A DNA stretch of 64,000 nt, taken from sequence record SRR22947727_339; one strand, written 5' to 3'. A model generated the notes under the pieces. That model was not told the DNA's origin. It saw only the letters and a program-made list of their open reading frames with translations, and searched no databases. The stretch's first letter is position 1, and every line of letters begins with the position of its first letter. Both the position numbers and the translations under genes were made by a program. Below, one piece after another: positions 59,877 to 64,000 of this stretch.

Positions 59877-62708
59877 ATGCAAATTGACTTTCATAAACCT
59901 ATATTAAAAGCAATTTTAGGACCGACTAACACCGGAAAAACTCATTATGCTATAGATAGAATGCTTGCACATCAATCTGGTGTTATAGGTCTTCCTCTAC
60001 GCCTCTTAGCAAGAGAAGTGTATGATCGTATAGTCAAAATAAAAGGCGCAAAACAATGCGCCCTAATAACAGGCGAAGAAAAAATAATACCTTCGCACGC
60101 GAGATACTATATCTGTACTGTTGAAGCTATGCCAACAGAAAAAAAGTTTTCATTTCTTGCCGTAGATGAAATTCAGCTCATAGCTGATCTAGAGAGAGGA
60201 CACATATTTACTGATAGAATTCTAAATGCCCGTGGTACACAAGAAACCCTGTTTCTTGGTGCACAAACAGTTCGGTCAATATTAAAATCTCTTATACCCA
60301 AAATTTCATTTGATTACCGTGAACGGTTTTCAGATTTAAATTATAGTGGCCCAGCTAAACTAATGCGTCTACCAAAACGTTCTGTAATTGTAGCCTTTTC
60401 TTCAGCTGAAGTTTATTCCATAGCTGAACTAATTCGCACTTATCGCGGAGGGGCTGCAGTTGTAATGGGAGGGCTTTCGCCACGCACGAGAAACTCTCAA
60501 GCTGAGTTATTCCAGAATGGGGAAGTTGACTTTTTAGTAGCTACCGATGCAGTTGGAATGGGTCTTAATCTTGATACAGATCATGTTGCCTTTGCTGCGT
60601 TGAGCAAATATGACGGTAGAAGAAGAAGGTACCTTTATCCTATGGAGGCCGCTCAAATTGCTGGACGAGCAGGAAGGTTCAGAAATAATGGGACTTTTGG
60701 TACCACTGGAAATTGCCTACCCATGGATGAGGAGCTTATAAAAAAAATTGAAACCCATAACTTTGATCAAATTAGAAAAGCAGAGTGGCGAAACTCACAA
60801 CTTAACTTTAGCTCAATAGAGGCCCTTACAGAAAGTCTTCACCTTAAAAAACCACATAACCAATTGCATAGAATAATTGGGGCTTCTGATGAAAACGCTT
60901 ATGAAAAATTAATTTCTATTCCAGAAATTGCTCAAGGCATAAAGGTACCGGCACAAGTCAAACAACTCTGGGATATTTGCCAAGTACCAGATTTCCGAAA
61001 TTTAACCATAGATACACATATCAAACTTCTTCAAGACCTTTATCGCTTGCTTCATAATAACGGCGGTAAAATACCAGAAGTTTTTATTGAGAAAAAAATT
61101 AAACAATTAGATGATACACTTGGTAATGTGGCTTTACTATCATCACGCCTAGCTAATATACGAACTTGGTCTTATTGCGTTAATAAGGTATCCTGGATGC
61201 AAAATAAAAATAATTTAGCTAATTGCACAAGAGCGGTTGAAGACAGACTATCAGATGCGCTACATGAAGCACTGATAGCTCGTTTTGTGGATAAACGTAC
61301 CAATAAGCTATTAAAAAGTATTGGATCAAAGGACTATATGAAAGCAACAATTAAAGATAATGGGGACGTACAGGTCGATGACCAAATTATAGGACAGCTA
61401 AATGGTTTGAAATTTACACCCTCTAAAACATCCTCTGCTCTAGAATCCGAAACCATACGAGCTACAGCAGAAAAAATTGTTACACCAGAAATTAACAGGC
61501 GAATGACAAGCCTGTGTGGTGGAGTACACACAATATTTACTCTCTCAACGACAGGTGGTATTTTATGGGGAGGAAAAATAGTTGGTCAAATAGATCCTAG
61601 CGGAACTCCGCTTAACCCTAATGTAGAAATTATTTGCGGTGATTTCGGTGACAAAGAACTCAAAAGGCTCTCAAAAAATCGTATGCATGACTTTCTTAAA
61701 GCTGAAGCCCTGAACTATTTAAAACCCCTATATGACTTAAAAGAGATTTATAATGACCAAGAGGCATCCGCAGAAGCTCGCGGATTAGCTTACATAATGT
61801 TTGAAAATTTAGGTGTAATAAATCGAAAGGATTATTCAAATAAATTGAAAAAAATTGACCAAGTCTCGAGAAAAAAACTGAGAGATGTGAATGTACACTT
61901 TGGACAGTATAATGTATATATACGTGACCTCATGAAACCTAAGCCAGCTAATTTATTAAGTATTTTGACAGCTTACGGTACCGGCGGGGACAAAAATCCT
62001 TTTTTGCCATTTGCGGGAGTCACCTCAATTCCAAGAGATAAAAAGTTTATTGATAAACATTATTCTAATCTCGCAATAGCTATAGCCGGCTACAGAGTGG
62101 TTGGTCCTCGTATTGTCCGTCTAGACATTCTCAATCGATTAAGCGATCAAATTCGGCAAGCGCAGCAACAATGCGATATTTCGGGTGATGGAAAGAAATT
62201 TCAAATTATGCAAGAAATGCTCGCCATTATGGGTTGTACTTATCTTGAGCTTCAAGGTGTTTTACGAAGCCTAGGGTTTCATTCTAAAGTCATTGAAACT
62301 GATCAAATAGATACTAAAAATACAGATATTGAATTAATAGAAAGCAAGCCAAAAGACTTATCTTATTTAGAAAAGTCTGAAGTCATTGGTGACAAAGAAA
62401 TTTTATTAGAACCGAAAAACACAAGTCCTAATGATAACAAAACATTGAATATTTATCACCATAGAACACCTAATGAAGAGGGAATCATAGAAGAGTTAGT
62501 TAATACAGAATATTGGTTTGTTAATAAAGGAAAGTATAAAAATAATAATACCACCAGAAATAACTTTAAAAATAAAAAACAAAAGACAGTAAGAAAAAAT
62601 ACATCAGGCAATCAAAGAAATATTAGCCCACACAATAAGAAAGATACTGCATCCAAGAATTCCCCATTTGCAATACTTGAGGAATTAAAAAGAAATTCTG
62701 AAGGCTAA
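59877..62708 (+). CDS. SUV3-like (MgpS-type) SF2 helicase
   Basis: LGPTNTGKT, DEIQ, ATDAVGMGLN, QIAGRAGR, C-terminal SPFA.L. Confidence 0.9.
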   Translation: MQIDFHKPILKAILGPTNTGKTHYAIDRMLAHQSGVIGLPLRLLAREVYDRIVKIKGAKQCALITGEEKIIPSHARYYICTVEAMPTEKKFSFLAVDEIQLIADLERGHIFTDRILNARGTQETLFLGAQTVRSILKSLIPKISFDYRERFSDLNYSGPAKLMRLPKRSVIVAFSSAEVYSIAELIRTYRGGAAVVMGGLSPRTRNSQAELFQNGEVDFLVATDAVGMGLNLDTDHVAFAALSKYDGRRRRYLYPMEAAQIAGRAGRFRNNGTFGTTGNCLPMDEELIKKIETHNFDQIRKAEWRNSQLNFSSIEALTESLHLKKPHNQLHRIIGASDENAYEKLISIPEIAQGIKVPAQVKQLWDICQVPDFRNLTIDTHIKLLQDLYRLLHNNGGKIPEVFIEKKIKQLDDTLGNVALLSSRLANIRTWSYCVNKVSWMQNKNNLANCTRAVEDRLSDALHEALIARFVDKRTNKLLKSIGSKDYMKATIKDNGDVQVDDQIIGQLNGLKFTPSKTSSALESETIRATAEKIVTPEINRRMTSLCGGVHTIFTLSTTGGILWGGKIVGQIDPSGTPLNPNVEIICGDFGDKELKRLSKNRMHDFLKAEALNYLKPLYDLKEIYNDQEASAEARGLAYIMFENLGVINRKDYSNKLKKIDQVSRKKLRDVNVHFGQYNVYIRDLMKPKPANLLSILTAYGTGGDKNPFLPFAGVTSIPRDKKFIDKHYSNLAIAIAGYRVVGPRIVRLDILNRLSDQIRQAQQQCDISGDGKKFQIMQEMLAIMGCTYLELQGVLRSLGFHSKVIETDQIDTKNTDIELIESKPKDLSYLEKSEVIGDKEILLEPKNTSPNDNKTLNIYHHRTPNEEGIIEELVNTEYWFVNKGKYKNNNTTRNNFKNKKQKTVRKNTSGNQRNISPHNKKDTASKNSPFAILEELKRNSEG

Positions 62709-62709
62709 T

Positions 62710-63027
62710 TTGGGAAAGACGAAACAAATACAAAACTTAGACGGTTCAATAATAAGTACTGCTCGTTTAGATGCCTGGCTATATAGAACTAGACTGGTTA
62801 AAACTAGAACTGTAGCAACAGCAATTATTTCTAGTGGAAAAATAAGAATAACTAAAAATGGAAGAACTAAAAGAATTAAAAAACCGAGTACACTAATAAA
62901 TTCTGGCGACCAAGTCTCTTTTGTACATTGCAATAGGCTCATACAGGTAGAAATGGTTGCGTCACCCACAAGAAGAGTGTCAGCAATCAAAGCAAAATCT
63001 TTATACAGAGACCATTACTCGTCTTGA
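62710..63027 (+). CDS. hslR: S4-domain RNA-binding protein (Hsp15-like)
   Basis: RLD.WL...R..KTR..A, KPS.....GD, A..LY; conserved helicase-S4-fdxA-carD order. Confidence 0.8.
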   Translation: MGKTKQIQNLDGSIISTARLDAWLYRTRLVKTRTVATAIISSGKIRITKNGRTKRIKKPSTLINSGDQVSFVHCNRLIQVEMVASPTRRVSAIKAKSLYRDHYSS

Positions 63028-63074
63028 CATTCATGTCGCAGGTTGTCAAATCCCGAATATATTAAGGATTTTTT

Positions 63075-63419
63075 ATGACATATATAGTCAAAGATGAATG
63101 TATAAAATGCAAATTTATGGATTGCGTCGAAGTCTGCCCTGTTGATTGCTTTTATGAGGGTGAAAATATGCTAGTCATACACCCTGACGAATGTATTGAT
63201 TGCGGAGTTTGTGAGCCCGAATGTCCAGTTGATGCAATAGTACCTGACACTGAGGACACCCCTGACGGTAAGTGGCTTGAAATAAACTCAAAATATGCAG
63301 AGCTATGGCCTGTCATTACAATAAAAAAAGAGCCCCCAATTGACAGTGAAAAATATGAGTCTGAAACTGGTAAATTTGAAAAATTCTTCAGTGAAAAACC
63401 AGGCACTGGAGATGAATAA
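63075..63419 (+). CDS. fdxA: Ferredoxin FdxA
   Basis: [30 protein letters not shown]. Confidence 0.96.
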   Translation: MTYIVKDECIKCKFMDCVEVCPVDCFYEGENMLVIHPDECIDCGVCEPECPVDAIVPDTEDTPDGKWLEINSKYAELWPVITIKKEPPIDSEKYESETGKFEKFFSEKPGTGDE

Positions 63420-63548
63420 TTAGTTTATTTATAAAAAATTTATCGATGACTCGCTTATATCCACATAATATGTTATTAATATTCTAAATTAATAATCTTT
63501 CAAATAACTTCAATTCACTCGAAATAAATCCCAAAAGGCACTTTAACT

Positions 63549-64000
63549 ATGGCAGGTTCCAAAAAAAATATCGAAAAAAATACATCTAAGAAGTCAAAGA
63601 AAAAAGCCTTCAAGGCAGGACAGCACATAGTTTACCCTGCGCACGGTGTTGGAAAAGTTACAGGAATAGAGCAGGAAATCATAGCTGGCTTTGACATAGA
63701 AACATATGTCGTTCATTTTGAACAAGATAAGATGACATTAAGAGTGCCAACAGAAAAAGCAGAGAACTCAGGAATGCGAGCTTTATCAAATGAACTAATA
63801 TTGAAAGATGCATTTACTACATTAAAGGGTCGTGCCCGCATTAAACGCACCATGTGGAGTAGGAGAGCTCAAGAATATGAAGCCAAAATTAATTCTGGAG
63901 ATCTTATATTAGTGGCTGAAGTAGTGCGTGATTTACATCGAACAGAATCTCAACCTGAGCAAAGTTACTCTGAGCGTCAGCTTTATGAACGTGCGACAGA
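63549..64000 (+). CDS. carD: CarD/CdnL transcription factor (3' end outside window; absent from the ORF track)
   Basis: Own translation: VYPAHGVG, LRVP, MWSRRAQEYEAKINSGD, AEVVRDL, SYSERQLYE. Confidence 0.95.
   Translation, partial: MAGSKKNIEKNTSKKSKKKAFKAGQHIVYPAHGVGKVTGIEQEIIAGFDIETYVVHFEQDKMTLRVPTEKAENSGMRALSNELILKDAFTTLKGRARIKRTMWSRRAQEYEAKINSGDLILVAEVVRDLHRTESQPEQSYSERQLYERAT

Noticed and set aside
555..63406. Many short ORFs nested in or antisense to long genes (e.g. 25040-25603, 46775-47380, 56991-57419)
   Set aside because: They overlap well-supported genes and show no recognisable motifs
1..64000. CRISPR array, prophage, IS element, integrase, defence system or recoded (Sec/frameshift) gene
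   Set aside because: No repeat-spacer periodicity, relevant protein motifs or split reading frames seen by eye

Overview
AT-rich alphaproteobacterial chromosome segment. A Caulobacterales/Maricaulales-like, probably streamlined marine lineage is inferred from chpT, rcdA, trcR, eipA, carD and a T2SS; this was not database-verified. Bases ~1-15,545 form an accessory mosaic abutting the 3' end of a tRNA-Ala(GGC): sulfonate desulfonation genes (xsc-pta-exporter), a fused indolepyruvate:ferredoxin oxidoreductase, VOC and Rieske genes, two secreted peptidase-fold proteins, a large acidic lipoprotein, a gene remnant and an att-like scar with no integrase. The rest is mostly core genome: aroA-cmk-rpsA-ihfB, lptC-lptA-lptA-lptB, gspE-M, efp, suhB, rpmE, purEK, pheST, lepA, ileS, cysS, folE, rpmB, helicase-hslR-fdxA-carD. 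The best leads are an ABC ATPase plus permease/M1-metallopeptidase fusion with its own palindromic operator, a terminator in the trcR leader, an IleRS with altered HIGH and THGF motifs, tandem LptA paralogues with C-x4-C loops, and a PvdM-like dipeptidase homologue lacking metal ligands. No CRISPR array, rRNA, transposase or integrase was seen. All calls come from motif recognition only; no searches were run.
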